Source: Chloroflexota bacterium (GTDB taxonomy: Bacteria; Chloroflexota; UBA11872; VXOZ01). Taken from it: a stretch of DNA of 64,000 nt. The notes under the pieces are model-generated. The model was not told where the DNA came from, searched no databases, and saw nothing but the letters and a program-made list of their open reading frames with translations. This document shows positions 29,251-39,299 of this stretch, in pieces. How positions within the stretch are numbered: the first letter of the stretch is position 1; every line of letters starts with the position of its first letter. The position numbers were made by a program, and so were the translations under genes. The stretch is taken from assembly GCA_964291655.2 (NCBI GenBank), contig OZ219802.1, positions 2,432,001 through 2,496,000 on the forward strand, written 5' to 3'.

Positions 29251-30609
29251 ATGCGCGAACGCATCGAAGACGCGCTAAAGCAACATACCGCGGACTACGT
29301 GGAGGTCCGCATCGAGGAAACGCAGTCCACGAATATTACCTACCGGGGCAAGGACTTGGAGGAGGTGGGTACAACCACGCAGCTTGGCGGCTCTGTGCGC
29401 GCCGCAGTTAACGGCGGCTGGGGCTTTGTTTCCTTCAATCGGATCGATGGTCTGCAAGAAAAAGTGTCTCAAGCTGTCAGTCAAGCGCGTCTTGTAGGCA
29501 ACGAAAAAACGGAATTGGCCGACGTGCCGCCGGTACAGGACGTGGTGCGGGTCTCCATGCAGCGTGATCCACGTGAGGTCGCGCTGGCGGAGAAGAAGCA
29601 CCTTATGGACTCGTATGTGGAAGAAATCTGGCGGACGCCCAAGATTCAGACTTCCACGGTGCGCTATGGCGACGGCTACCGTAAGCAGTATTTCGGTAAC
29701 TCAAGTGGAACATACATTGAACAAGAGCGGGGACGCGTAACTGCTCATTTCGGCGTCGTCGCGCGTGATAACGGCAATGTGCAGCAAGCACGGTCAGGCT
29801 TTGCCAGCAGCGAGGACTATGGCGTCGTGGAAGGACATCACGACGAGGTGCGTGAAACGGCCGAAAAAGCCGTGGGGATGCTCGCTGCCACACCGCCAAA
29901 GGGCGGGGAGTTCATGGTGATTCTCGACTCCACCCTGGCGGGTGTTTTTGCGCACGAGGCGTTTGGGCACTTATCGGAAGCCGATCACGTGTATGAGAAC
30001 GACAAGCTCAAAGAGATCATGGTCCTGGGCCGCACATTCGGCGGCAAGTACCTCAACATCATAGACAGCGGACGGGTGCAGGGCCTCACCGGCTCGTTCG
30101 CGTACGATGACGAAGGGGTGCCTACGGGCAAGCAATACCTGATCCGCGAAGGCGATTTGGTGGGGCGGCTGCACTCACGGGAGACCGCGGGCAAGATGAA
30201 CGAAGCCCCTACGGGCAATGCCCGCGCCCAGAGCTACCGTGTGCCGCCGCTGGTCCGCATGCGCAATACGGCTATCGAGCCGGGTGAGACTCCTCTGGAG
30301 GATATGCTGGCGGAGGTGAAGGACGGCGTCTACTGCAAGAACTGGTACGGCGGCCAGACAAGCATGGAGATGTTCACGTTCTCGTGCATGGAGGCCTATG
30401 CCATCCGGGATGGTAAGTTGGCCGAGCCGCTGCGTGGCGTAAATCTTTCCGGCAATGTCTTCACGACGTTGGAGAACATCGTCGCCGTGGGCAACGATTT
30501 TGCGTGGGACCCCGCGGGCGGAACGTGCGGCAAGGGCGGCCAGTCGGCACCGGTGGGCGACGGCAGCCCCCACGTACTCATTAGCAAGTGCTTGGTGGGA
30601 GGTCAGTAG
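29251..30609 (+). CDS. tldD: TldD family metalloprotease
   Basis: HEAFGHLSEAD, YDDEG, TGNARA, RMRNT, C-terminal CGKGGQ. Confidence 0.92.
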   Translation: MRERIEDALKQHTADYVEVRIEETQSTNITYRGKDLEEVGTTTQLGGSVRAAVNGGWGFVSFNRIDGLQEKVSQAVSQARLVGNEKTELADVPPVQDVVRVSMQRDPREVALAEKKHLMDSYVEEIWRTPKIQTSTVRYGDGYRKQYFGNSSGTYIEQERGRVTAHFGVVARDNGNVQQARSGFASSEDYGVVEGHHDEVRETAEKAVGMLAATPPKGGEFMVILDSTLAGVFAHEAFGHLSEADHVYENDKLKEIMVLGRTFGGKYLNIIDSGRVQGLTGSFAYDDEGVPTGKQYLIREGDLVGRLHSRETAGKMNEAPTGNARAQSYRVPPLVRMRNTAIEPGETPLEDMLAEVKDGVYCKNWYGGQTSMEMFTFSCMEAYAIRDGKLAEPLRGVNLSGNVFTTLENIVAVGNDFAWDPAGGTCGKGGQSAPVGDGSPHVLISKCLVGGQ

Positions 30610-30613
30610 TCGT

Positions 30614-31936
30614 ATGCTCGATGCATTGCTCGATAAAGCCAAGAAAACGGCTGAAGTAGCCGAGGTGCTCTTCTACGAATCTACGGAACTCCCTATCTCC
30701 TTTGAAGCCAACCGCATGAAGTCCATAAACGCTCGGGAGTCAAGCGGCATGGCGTTGCGCATCATCAAGGATGGGCGCATCGGCTTGGGCTACTCAACCA
30801 AGTTAGGTGGGCCCGGCGATCTGGACGCTCTCGTGGCGAGCGCGGTCGAGTCCGCGCAGTTTGGGGCCGAAGCTCAGTTCACCTTGCCAAGCACCTATAC
30901 GACGAACGGTGTCACCATCTTCGATCCCGGGGTGGAAGCTCTTGCGCTGGATAGTCTTGTGGCGCTCGGCTCAGAGGCGCTTGACTTGCTGCGCAACCAC
31001 GACGATGAGTTTCTGTGCGACGTAGGCGCGTCGAAACGCATCACACACGTCCGGTTGCTCAACTCTCTCGGCGGCGGCACGGATTACCGCAAGTCCGTAG
31101 TGTCCCTGGGGGCCAGCATCAATTTGACGCGGGGTGAGGACATCCTGGACGTCTGGCACTACTCCCTATCGTGTCAGGCTGACGTGGACCCACAGGCGGT
31201 GGCGCAACGCATAATCCAGCGGGTCGAGGCCGCACGGGAGCATGCGGCAGTTTCCACGAAGCACATGCCCGTGCTCTTTACTCCGCAAGGTCTCGGCTCT
31301 ACGCTCATGGTGCCGCTCCGGCAGGCGTTTAGTGGGAAGACGGTGTTGCAGGGCGCTTCTCCCTTGAGCGACAAGCTGGGCGAGCAAGTATTCGACGAGA
31401 AGTTGAACGTCTACGACGACGGTACGATTGACAATGCCGTCGGCTCCTCCCCCACCGACGATGAAGGCATAGCTTTGCAGCGCACCCCGCTCATCGAGAA
31501 CGGCCACGTCTGCACCTTCATCTATGACCTGCAGACTGCGGGGCTGGCCGGCGCCGAGCCGACAGGCAACGGCGAGCGTTCCCCGGACTCGTTACCGACA
31601 CCGGGATATCACAATGTCGTTGTGACACCCGGTGACGGCGGGAGCCTGCAGGACCTTATTGGCGGCATAGACGAAGGCATACTGGTCGAATTCACCATGG
31701 GCGCGTCGATGGGAAATCTCTTTTCGGGTGATTTCTCCGGCAACGTGCACTTGGGTTACAAGATTGAAAACGGCAAGCTCGCAGGCCGCGTGAAAGATAC
31801 GATGGTGGCAGGCAATAGCTATGAGGCGCTGAAGAACATCGCGGCCATTGGCAGCGAGCCGGAATGGGTTGGCGGCAGCTTCTACGCGCCTCCGATACTA
31901 GTGGCGGACTTGAGCGTAAGCACCCGTGCGGATTAG
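30614..31936 (+). CDS. pmbA: PmbA/TldE family protein
   Basis: DDEG, TGNG, SGDFS; lacks HExxxH; directly downstream of tldD. Confidence 0.88.
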   Translation: MLDALLDKAKKTAEVAEVLFYESTELPISFEANRMKSINARESSGMALRIIKDGRIGLGYSTKLGGPGDLDALVASAVESAQFGAEAQFTLPSTYTTNGVTIFDPGVEALALDSLVALGSEALDLLRNHDDEFLCDVGASKRITHVRLLNSLGGGTDYRKSVVSLGASINLTRGEDILDVWHYSLSCQADVDPQAVAQRIIQRVEAAREHAAVSTKHMPVLFTPQGLGSTLMVPLRQAFSGKTVLQGASPLSDKLGEQVFDEKLNVYDDGTIDNAVGSSPTDDEGIALQRTPLIENGHVCTFIYDLQTAGLAGAEPTGNGERSPDSLPTPGYHNVVVTPGDGGSLQDLIGGIDEGILVEFTMGASMGNLFSGDFSGNVHLGYKIENGKLAGRVKDTMVAGNSYEALKNIAAIGSEPEWVGGSFYAPPILVADLSVSTRAD

Positions 31937-32122
31937 CCGGATCTAAGCAGCGAAGCCGTGACTAAGCCGATTCCCGAGTGTAAGTTGACTTTAAGGTGCG
32001 ACTAAGTTGGGTTGTTTCCAAGTGTCTTTCGCTTGGGCGCTGCACTCCAATAAGATCACCTTCGGATGAGAGCAGAGATTCTTCCTAGAGTTGGCAGAAA
32101 GTGCCCCGTATGCTAGTAAAGT

Positions 32123-32142
32123 ATATCATAATGTGATATGCT
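32123..32142 (+). promoter_or_regulatory. Palindromic operator overlapping the extended -10 of hicAB
   Basis: ATATCA-TAATG-TGATAT palindrome overlapping TGn-TATGCT. Confidence 0.5.
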
Positions 32143-32148
32143 TTTCGC

Positions 32149-32403
32149 ATGAGAAGGAAGCATCGCAGGACTTTGGCGGCGCTATTCCGCCGGCCGACTC
32201 AGTCAGGCATCCGATGGGACGATATTGAGTCGCTGCTTCTGGCCTGTGGGGCATACATCCAGGAACGAGAGGGTTCAAGAGTCTATATTGAGTTGGATAA
32301 CGTTGTCGCACATTTTCACCGGCCACATCCTGAAAAAGAGGTCAGAAAGGGCGCGGTGAACTCCATGTGGAGATTCTTGAGAGAGGCTGGGATCGAGCCA
32401 TGA
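32149..32403 (+). CDS. hicA: HicA family toxin
   Basis: TLAALF..P....IRW.DIESLL..GA...E.EGSRV, FHRPHP. Confidence 0.9.
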   Translation: MRRKHRRTLAALFRRPTQSGIRWDDIESLLLACGAYIQEREGSRVYIELDNVVAHFHRPHPEKEVRKGAVNSMWRFLREAGIEP

Positions 32404-32726
32404 TGAAGTACAAAGGCTATAGCGCGGCTGTTAGCTTCGATTACGAGGCGGGAGTCTTTCAAGGTGAGGTGGTGGACACGCGTGACGTGATCGTCTTTGA
32501 AGGCGACTCCGTGGCGCAACTTGAGAGAGAGTTTCGGTTCTCCATAGACGACTACTTGGCTGCATGTGCTGAGCGGGGCCGGATTCCGGATCGACCGTTC
32601 TCAGGGCGGGTTCCGCTGCGTTTAGCGCCAGAGATTCATCGTGCAGCTACGACCGCAGCGCGAGCGGAAGGCAAGAGTCTTAATGCTTGGCTGGCCGAAA
32701 CTATTGAAAGGGCGGCATCGGGCTAA
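32400..32726 (+). CDS. hicB: HicB family antitoxin
   Basis: MMKYKGY, F.SIDDYL, PFSGRVPLRL..E.H, SLNAW; ATGA overlap with hicA. Confidence 0.92.
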   Translation: MMKYKGYSAAVSFDYEAGVFQGEVVDTRDVIVFEGDSVAQLEREFRFSIDDYLAACAERGRIPDRPFSGRVPLRLAPEIHRAATTAARAEGKSLNAWLAETIERAASG

Positions 32727-32793
32727 TCAACTATAATCTGCCTGCATGAAGCGATGTAGGTAGCACTACGAATCTATCTAGGAGACGTATCCG

Positions 32794-33639
32794 ATGGCGG
32801 CAGATAGCACAGGGGACGAACGGCGCGGCGAGTTTCTCGACGAGCTCTTCGGCCTCAGTGGAGAAGTGGCGGTCGTAGGCGGCGGCACGGGAGTTCTGGG
32901 TGGCGAGATTGCCGAGTATCTGGGCAAGGCTGGAGCTCGTGTCGCGGTGCTGGGACGCAACCAGGAAGAGGGCCAACGCCGAGTCAAGGTCATCGCGGAA
33001 GCCGGTGGAGAAGCAATCTTCGTATCCTACGTTGCAACAGACGCGGAGTCGGTCGCGAAAGCGCACGCGCAGGTGCGGGACGCGTTCGGAACGGTTACGG
33101 TGGCGGTAAATGCGGTTGGCGGCAACCACCCGTCCGCTGTCGTCAGCGGGGACCAGGCATTCGAGGATCTCACGCTGGAAGCAGTGCGTGACAACCTCGA
33201 TCTCAATCTCACGTCGGCCTGGCTGGCCTGCCAGGAGTTCGGTCCGGCCATGCTGGCGAACGGACGCGGCAGCGTCATCAACATCGGGTCCATGGCGGGC
33301 GGCGAGCGGCCGCTCTCACGGGTGCCGGTGTACGCCATCGCCAAGTCGGGAGTGGCAACGCTGACATACTTCCTGGCCCGGGAGTGGCAGGGCATTGTGC
33401 GTGTCAATATGATCGTCCCCGGCTTCTTCGAGACGACGCAGAATCGTTCCTTGCTGCGCAATCCAGACGGCAGCCTCAGCGAGCGCGGTGATCAAATCGC
33501 CGCCCACACCCCCATGGGACGCTTTGGCGAGCCCGCCGAGCTTGGCGGAGCGGCAGTCTATCTTGCATCCAACGCCAGCGCTTTTACGACCGGGCTGGCC
33601 TTTGTGGTAGATGGCGGGTTCTCAGTGCAGTCGATTTGA
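32794..33639 (+). CDS. Short-chain dehydrogenase (D-mannonate/gluconate oxidoreductase-like)
   Basis: GGTGVLG, YAIAK, PGFF, HTPMGRFG, VDGGF. Confidence 0.88.
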   Translation: MAADSTGDERRGEFLDELFGLSGEVAVVGGGTGVLGGEIAEYLGKAGARVAVLGRNQEEGQRRVKVIAEAGGEAIFVSYVATDAESVAKAHAQVRDAFGTVTVAVNAVGGNHPSAVVSGDQAFEDLTLEAVRDNLDLNLTSAWLACQEFGPAMLANGRGSVINIGSMAGGERPLSRVPVYAIAKSGVATLTYFLAREWQGIVRVNMIVPGFFETTQNRSLLRNPDGSLSERGDQIAAHTPMGRFGEPAELGGAAVYLASNASAFTTGLAFVVDGGFSVQSI

Positions 33640-33726
33640 GGCAGGGTAGAGACGAGGCGAGACCAACGACGGGGAACCGTTGGGGGCGCCCACCAATTGC
33701 TTAGGGAAAGTGGGCTGACTTGCGCG

Positions 33727-33756
33727 TTGACGGCAGATTTGCCGCTTACATATAAT
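33727..33756 (+). promoter_or_regulatory. Sigma70-type promoter of tRNA-Leu
   Basis: TTGACG-18 nt-TATAAT. Confidence 0.7.
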
Positions 33757-33777
33757 CAGAGTGGAGTAACACCGCAT

Positions 33778-33865
33778 GCCGAAGTGGCGGAATTGGAAGA
33801 CGCGCTAGCTTGAGGGGCTAGTGGGCTTTACGCTCGTAAGGGTTCGAGTCCCTTCTTCGGCACCA
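33778..33865 (+). tRNA. tRNA-Leu (anticodon GAG)
   Basis: Acceptor stem GCCGAAG/CTTCGGC, anticodon arm CTAGC-TTGAGGG-GCTAG, long variable arm, GGTTCGAGTCC, encoded CCA. Confidence 0.96.
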
Positions 33866-33873
33866 GATGGTAC

Positions 33874-33911
33874 AGAAAGAGAAGCCACGATCGTGGCTTC
33901 TCTTTTCTTTT
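33874..33911 (+). terminator. Intrinsic terminator after tRNA-Leu
   Basis: GAGAAGCCACG-AT-CGTGGCTTCTC hairpin followed by a T-rich tract. Confidence 0.75.
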
Positions 33912-34193
33912 CTAGTGGCTCGCTTGAAACTGGCGTTGGGTGCGCGGGTTAGCCAGTTGGCGCTGCTATTTGCCAGCTATTTGTCGCGCCGGCCAAGCAA
34001 GGTGTCCGGTCAGCCAACGGTCACTCCACTCAACCTTGCGCCATACGCAGAAGGCGACTACTCTGCGCAGTGCATGTGAATTGCGGGGCCTGCGGTTGGA
34101 GACTCCGGCCCAATCCCATCAAGTTATCGTCAGGCCCCAAGCCTGGGATATCGGTATGATCCACTTGGGTCGCATCCCGTTCGGCAGCCGGGA

Positions 34194-34904
34194 CTAGCGC
34201 ACAGTGAAGAGCATGCGGCCGCAGCTATCGCAGTAGACAACCTCTTGGTTCTGCTGGGTGCGGCGTAGTTGCGTGTCAGGGAGCGCAATGTGGCAGAATG
34301 TGCACCGGCCCTGGGATACAGGCACCAGGACGTTGCCGCCAAGGCGTGACCGCAGCGATTCGTAGACTGCAACGAGAGCGGGGTCGTTCTGGCCCAGCAA
34401 TGCGGCGCGTTCTTTGTCTCGCGCTGGGATTGCCACCGCTAACTCTTGCAGACGCGCGCCAAATTCCTTCTGTTTGGTGGCAAACGTCGCTTCAAGCGCA
34501 TCAAGGTGGGACTGTTGCTCATCCTGCGCGTCTGCGGTTTCTTCAGCAACGACCATGGCTTGGAGCGCCTGTTCTTCGCGCACGGCGCGCTGCTGCATGA
34601 GTTGCGAGATGTCCGCTTGCAAGGCCTCCAGTTCCCGTGCGCTAACCACGCTGCCACTGTAGAGGCGCTTCGACTTCTCCTCTACCCCTGCGGTAATGGT
34701 CGCCAGTGCCAGTTCGGAATCCCGCAGCGCAGCGCTCGCCTGCTCCTGCGATTTCGTCAGCGTCGCAAGTTTGCGGCGAGCCGCTTCGATTTCCCCATGA
34801 TCGGCGAGAGCGGATTCGATCTGACTAACCTCAGTGCGGAACGCGTCCAACTGAAGATCAATCTCTTGTAGAGTCTGTAAGCTCTCGAAAGCAAGTACAG
34901 GCAT
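34194..34904 (-). CDS. Coiled-coil protein with C4 zinc ribbon (CT398/DUF164-like)
   Basis: LQEID start, long coiled coil, C-terminal CTFC...CDSCGRML. Confidence 0.88.
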   Translation of the reverse strand: MPVLAFESLQTLQEIDLQLDAFRTEVSQIESALADHGEIEAARRKLATLTKSQEQASAALRDSELALATITAGVEEKSKRLYSGSVVSARELEALQADISQLMQQRAVREEQALQAMVVAEETADAQDEQQSHLDALEATFATKQKEFGARLQELAVAIPARDKERAALLGQNDPALVAVYESLRSRLGGNVLVPVSQGRCTFCHIALPDTQLRRTQQNQEVVYCDSCGRMLFTVR

Positions 34905-35267
34905 TGCGCTGATCCTGTGCAAATAAACGGCTCTCCCGCCATTATACAATTCTCATCCCCCGTAGAGTGTGCTATGCTCTTGTGCAGTAGTCTGGGCAAG
35001 GCCGCTAAGGCGTTTTCGTACGCGGCAAGTGGGTAGAGCGGCCGCCACGGAACGACAAGCCAAATGAGACTGGGACGGCACGAAGGACAAGGTTCCTTTT
35101 GTGTGTCGGCAGTCTTGCTATGATGCCGCGTGGGTAGCTTGGCGACTTGTGATAATGGTATTATTTGGCATACCATTGGAATACTAAGCCAGATAAATGC
35201 GGATATTGAAGTGCGTGATGTAGCTCACCTTGCCGACAGCGCTGCACTCGAGAATACAGGAGGGACC

Positions 35268-36197
35268 ATGAGACGGCTGAAGTTGCCATTCATCTATCGG
35301 ATAGCAATCCTAAGTTTTGTTCTGCTTATTGCCGGGGCAGCCTGCGGTGTGGAAGAAAGACTCGATGCGCAAGAGACGCCAATCAGTGCAAACCCGAGCC
35401 TTGTGGCCACGGCACAGGCGCGCGCGATAGCCGAGGCGGAAGAGAGCCGGCGCGACTTGCCGCTGCGTATGGAAGTCGATGAGGCTGCTGCGGGCAACGC
35501 CGAAATCGGTGTGGCGCTCAACTCCTACAAAGGCTCCGTCTTCGTGAACGGTCGCCGCATGCCGCAACCCTCTACTCTTGGTGGCAATACGTTCGTGGTC
35601 TGGGTTGGCGCCGAGCGCAATGGCACTATCGTATTTGAGAACGGCGGAGCGCTGATTTCCGACATTTCCCGTGTTGCTACTCTTTGGACGTATACGACGT
35701 TTGACGCGGTAAAGGCGATCTATATTACCGCTGAAGAGCATGCGTTAGTGGCACAACCTTCGACTGCGATAGAAGATGCAGCTCTCCGGCTCATCTTGGC
35801 GCGACCAATGATCATGCGTCCCGGCAGGCTATTTCAACTGCAGCCAACCGAGCTTGGCGGTGACGTTAATACAATAGTGCGTATTGGTGTCAATGGTGGA
35901 ATCTCAATAACCTTTGCCGGGCTCAAGCAGCCGCGTGAGTACGGCGATAAGTTCCTCGTTTTCTGGGTTCTCGATACGCTGAGCGAGGATCCGCTAACCT
36001 ACAACGGCTCGTGGCTCACCGTGACGCCAAATGGGGATTCTCAGATTGTCATGACGGCCCCGCCCGAGACCAAGGGCATGCGGCAGTATAATCGGTTGCT
36101 CATAACCGCTGAAAATCTTACTGACGTGAGGGGACCGAGTGGTGAACTGGTCATCTTCACGTTGGATAACGAGACGCCTTTCTGGGAGACGATCTAG
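35268..36197 (+). CDS. Hypothetical lipoprotein
   Basis: AGGAGG SD, signal peptide ending in the lipobox-like GAACG. Confidence 0.75.
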   Translation: MRRLKLPFIYRIAILSFVLLIAGAACGVEERLDAQETPISANPSLVATAQARAIAEAEESRRDLPLRMEVDEAAAGNAEIGVALNSYKGSVFVNGRRMPQPSTLGGNTFVVWVGAERNGTIVFENGGALISDISRVATLWTYTTFDAVKAIYITAEEHALVAQPSTAIEDAALRLILARPMIMRPGRLFQLQPTELGGDVNTIVRIGVNGGISITFAGLKQPREYGDKFLVFWVLDTLSEDPLTYNGSWLTVTPNGDSQIVMTAPPETKGMRQYNRLLITAENLTDVRGPSGELVIFTLDNETPFWETI

Positions 36198-36364
36198 GCT
36201 GGCGTGTTGCAGCGGCTTTGTGCGGGAAGACTGCAAGCTCGTCCGGTGCTGCTGTGGCGCTATAAAGAGCAAGATTGAGGCTGCCCCAAACAGTGAGCCA
36301 TTGATCTACGCCTAGGAGTCACGAACGGTAGAGAGACTGCAGGCGGGTGCATCGAGGAGAACTC

Positions 36365-37627
36365 ATGGCTAACTTGCCCAGTATGGTTCACGTGCGACAG
36401 CGCTTCTCTACGGACCAGATCGAAGACCTCACGGGTACCATACGCGCCGAGTTGGCGCGGGTGGGCCTGGACAGAGTCGTTATTCCCGGTATGGAAGTCG
36501 CTATCACGGCCGGCAGCCGTGGCATTACCCGCATTCCGGAGATCATCCGCACGGTAGCCGAGGCAGTGCGAGCGGCCGGCGCTACCCCCTTCATCGTGCC
36601 GGCCATGGGCAGCCACGGCGGCGCTATTGCGGAGGGGCAGGCTGCTGTGCTGCGGGACTACGGCATCACCGAAGAGTCAACGGGAGCAGAAGTCCGCGCC
36701 ACGATGGATGTGGCAAACCTGGGCACAACGGTAAATGGCGCGTCGGTCTACTTTGATCGCAACGCCTATAGTGCCGACGCAGTGATTGTCGTTGCTCGCG
36801 TGAAGCCCCACACAAGTTTCCGCGGCCCGGTGGAGAGCGGCCTCTGCAAGATGATAACGGTGGGCCTGGGCAAGCAGAGGGGCGCGGAGCAGATGCACGC
36901 CCACGGCTTGGCGGAGACAATTCCGCAGGCCGCCGCCCATGCAATTGAGAAGTCGAATATCGTCCTCGGCCTCGGCGTCGTCGAAAACGGCTACGACCAA
37001 CCACACACGATCAGGGCTGCCCTGGCGGAAGACATCTACGAGACCGATAGAGAACTGCAGACCCTTTCAAAGACCCTCTTGCCGCGTGTGCCGTTCGATG
37101 AGCTTGATCTCCTCATAGTGGACGTGATGGGCAAGAACATCTCGGGAGCGGGCATGGATCCAAACGTCATTGGGCTCAACCGCGGCATGACTATGGACCG
37201 TCACCCCAACTACAAGCGTGTGCTGGTGCGCGACCTGACGCCGGAATCGCACGGCAATTCGGTGGGCATCGGCCACGCCGACTTCGTGACGAAACGCCTG
37301 GCCGACAAGATCAACTACTACGATCTTTACATGAACGCCCTCACCGCCAACAACCCGGCCGTGGCCAAGATTCCCATTACTCTGGAGACAGACAAGGTCG
37401 CGATTGAGACGGCCTTCAAGTCGGCCTGCACCGACGTGGCGGAACCCCGCGTCGTCCGCATCTACAGCACGCTCCATTTAGATTATCTCCTCTTCTCCGA
37501 GGCGCTCATTCCCATGGCGCAGGAGAACCCCGACCTGGAAATTCTCGACAAGCCCTATGAGTGGCAGTTCGACGCCGCCGGCAATCTGGTAGAGGCCGGA
37601 CTGCTCCACCAGCCGCAGAGCGCTTAG
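36365..37627 (+). CDS. Lactate racemase (LarA) N-terminal-like / DUF2088 family protein
   Basis: AITAGSRGI, PAMGSHGGA, RVKPHT.F, ESGLCKM, GKNISGAGMDPN. Confidence 0.8.
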   Translation: MANLPSMVHVRQRFSTDQIEDLTGTIRAELARVGLDRVVIPGMEVAITAGSRGITRIPEIIRTVAEAVRAAGATPFIVPAMGSHGGAIAEGQAAVLRDYGITEESTGAEVRATMDVANLGTTVNGASVYFDRNAYSADAVIVVARVKPHTSFRGPVESGLCKMITVGLGKQRGAEQMHAHGLAETIPQAAAHAIEKSNIVLGLGVVENGYDQPHTIRAALAEDIYETDRELQTLSKTLLPRVPFDELDLLIVDVMGKNISGAGMDPNVIGLNRGMTMDRHPNYKRVLVRDLTPESHGNSVGIGHADFVTKRLADKINYYDLYMNALTANNPAVAKIPITLETDKVAIETAFKSACTDVAEPRVVRIYSTLHLDYLLFSEALIPMAQENPDLEILDKPYEWQFDAAGNLVEAGLLHQPQSA

Positions 37628-37927
37628 ACGAGAGACCCAGGCAGCACGTCCACGTGGGTGATGCTTGATGCCCCACGTGGCCCCCTTGATGGCACTGCTC
37701 TTGACACAACTCTAGTTTGGTCGAGCGATTGCCGCCATGGGTCGTGGCAGAAAGAGCCCAGCGACGTACGCAGGTGGGTTCCGCATTTCTACGTCTTGGC
37801 AGAATCCTCGCATTAAATGGTACTGACATACCAATCATTCGCGTCTAGAAATAGTTCTCGAATGGTACAATTGCAAGGTGGAAGCTAGGATGTGGGATCG
37901 CGTTCGAGCCGGTGGGAGAATCACGAA

Positions 37928-38131
37928 GTGGAGATCAACTGGGAATTCGCCGCAACAATAGGAACGGTTATCGCGGCGGCCATAGGTCTGGTTTGGCGAT
38001 TCGAGACTCGCATCTCTGGAATTGAGAGCCGGCTTGGAGACCGCATGACTGATCTGTTCGACCGGGTTTCTCGCAATGAGGGAAAGCTTGAAGGCAACCT
38101 TATGCAAGCAAGCGGACGTGGGGAAACTTGA
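37928..38131 (+). CDS. Small hypothetical protein (TM helix plus coiled coil)
   Basis: VEINWEFAATIGTVIAAAIGLVWRFETRISGIESRL...; start uncertain. Confidence 0.5.
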   Translation: MEINWEFAATIGTVIAAAIGLVWRFETRISGIESRLGDRMTDLFDRVSRNEGKLEGNLMQASGRGET

Positions 38132-38299
38132 GAGACGTAATAAATTCTCCATGTAGAAACGGCGCCTAGGCGTAGCAGCCTTGCTACTTGGGATTCGAGC
38201 GAGCACGATCCGGTGCGCGTGAAAACTGCAAATTCACTTTGAAGAATCGCTGCCGTATGGTTGCCTAGGTCATCCGGCATGATATGATTAAGTATGTAT

Positions 38300-38673
38300 G
38301 GGGATGAGTGGATTCGACAGGGCTGGGAGGCCTGGAACTGCGAGCCGAGGTGCTATCACCCTCGTTAATCAGATAGCAACTTTTTTAAGTGCCAACAAGC
38401 ACAATTTTGCTCTCGCGGCCTAAATAGAGCTGTGACGTCCATCTGCTCTTCCTCCGGTGAGCGCAGCGTGGGCGACCTTTTAGCCGGAGTGCCGCAGTCC
38501 ATGCGGATAATATCCGCCGCCTTCGGGGACTGTGAAAGACAAACGGAGGCTAATTCTCAGAGGTTTTCGTCCGCTCGTGCTCTGGGAATGAAACCCAAAA
38601 GCTGACTACGCTCGTAGAGGTTGCAGGAAGAACAGCTTTGGACGGGGAGTTCGACCCTCCCCCATCTCCACCA
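38300..38673 (+). ncRNA. ssrA: tmRNA
   Basis: 5' GGGGATGA..GGATTCGAC, 3' GTTCGACC..CCATCTCCACCA; tag frame 38391-38423 encodes ANKHNFALAA*. Confidence 0.96.
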
Positions 38674-38844
38674 AAGAGACAGTCAATTGCAAGTCTGCCC
38701 TATAGACTACCGGCGGCTTGCACCATTTGCTCAGGCATGACGAGGTTGTCATCGTTGTATCGTGGCTGCCGCTAGGCGGTGGTTCTAAGTTCTTGAGACC
38801 AGTGTTTCACTGTGTGGCAGAAGACGTTAATCTGAGGCCCGTTA

Positions 38845-38853
38845 TGCTATAAT
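38845..38853 (+). promoter_or_regulatory. Extended -10 promoter of the HesB-like gene
   Basis: TG-C-TATAAT about 60 nt before the GTG start. Confidence 0.55.
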
Positions 38854-38915
38854 GCCGATGCGAGGAGCTGACTCAAGAGCATTTCGCGTTAGGTTGGAAG
38901 AAAGAGAGCGACAAC

Positions 38916-39227
38916 GTGATTACGGTTACGGACTTGGCGGCGGCTGAATTACAGCGGCTTATGACGGATAACGACATGGATGATGCCAAGCTGCGCATCT
39001 TTGTGCAGAGCGAGTGCGGCTGCGGCAAGGTGAACTTCGGCATGGGCTTCGACCAGCAGGTTGAAGATAACGATCAGGTGGTTGACTCTTCCGGGGTCGG
39101 GGTGGTGATGGATCCGCAGGCGTTCGCGGCGCTGGATGGCGCATCGGTGGAGTTTGTGAGTGAAGGCGCGCGCCGCGGTTTTACCATAAGCGGGGTGGAT
39201 ACCGCCGGCTGAGGCGGCGGTGAATAG
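38916..39227 (+). CDS. HesB/IscA-family A-type Fe-S carrier; candidate selenoprotein (UGA 39210-39212, then GGGE, TAG)
   Basis: ITVTD.AA..L, LRIFV, CGCG, MGFD, LDGASVEF, GFTI; ends at 39212 if UGA is a stop or at 39227 with readthrough. Confidence 0.85.
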
Positions 39228-39249
39228 AAAGCCCGTGTAGGCTTTCACC
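39213..39249 (+). promoter_or_regulatory. Candidate SECIS hairpin downstream of the HesB UGA
   Basis: GAAAGCC-CGTGTA-GGCTTTC, loop 21 nt after the UGA with G at loop position 2 followed by U; no U-tract. Confidence 0.55.
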
Positions 39250-39299
39250 AAGGCAAGATCGGACAATAAGGAGCATTTGGCTTTTCCTGGCTGAACAGG

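Noticed and set aside
28384-32726. tldD-pmbA with hicAB as a microcin/RiPP maturation system
   Set aside because: No precursor or YcaO/cyclodehydratase genes; TldDE are widespread housekeeping peptidases and hicAB has its own promoter
33778-38673. Genomic island integrated at tRNA-Leu or tmRNA
   Set aside because: No integrase and no duplicated 3' end of either RNA seen; flanking genes look native
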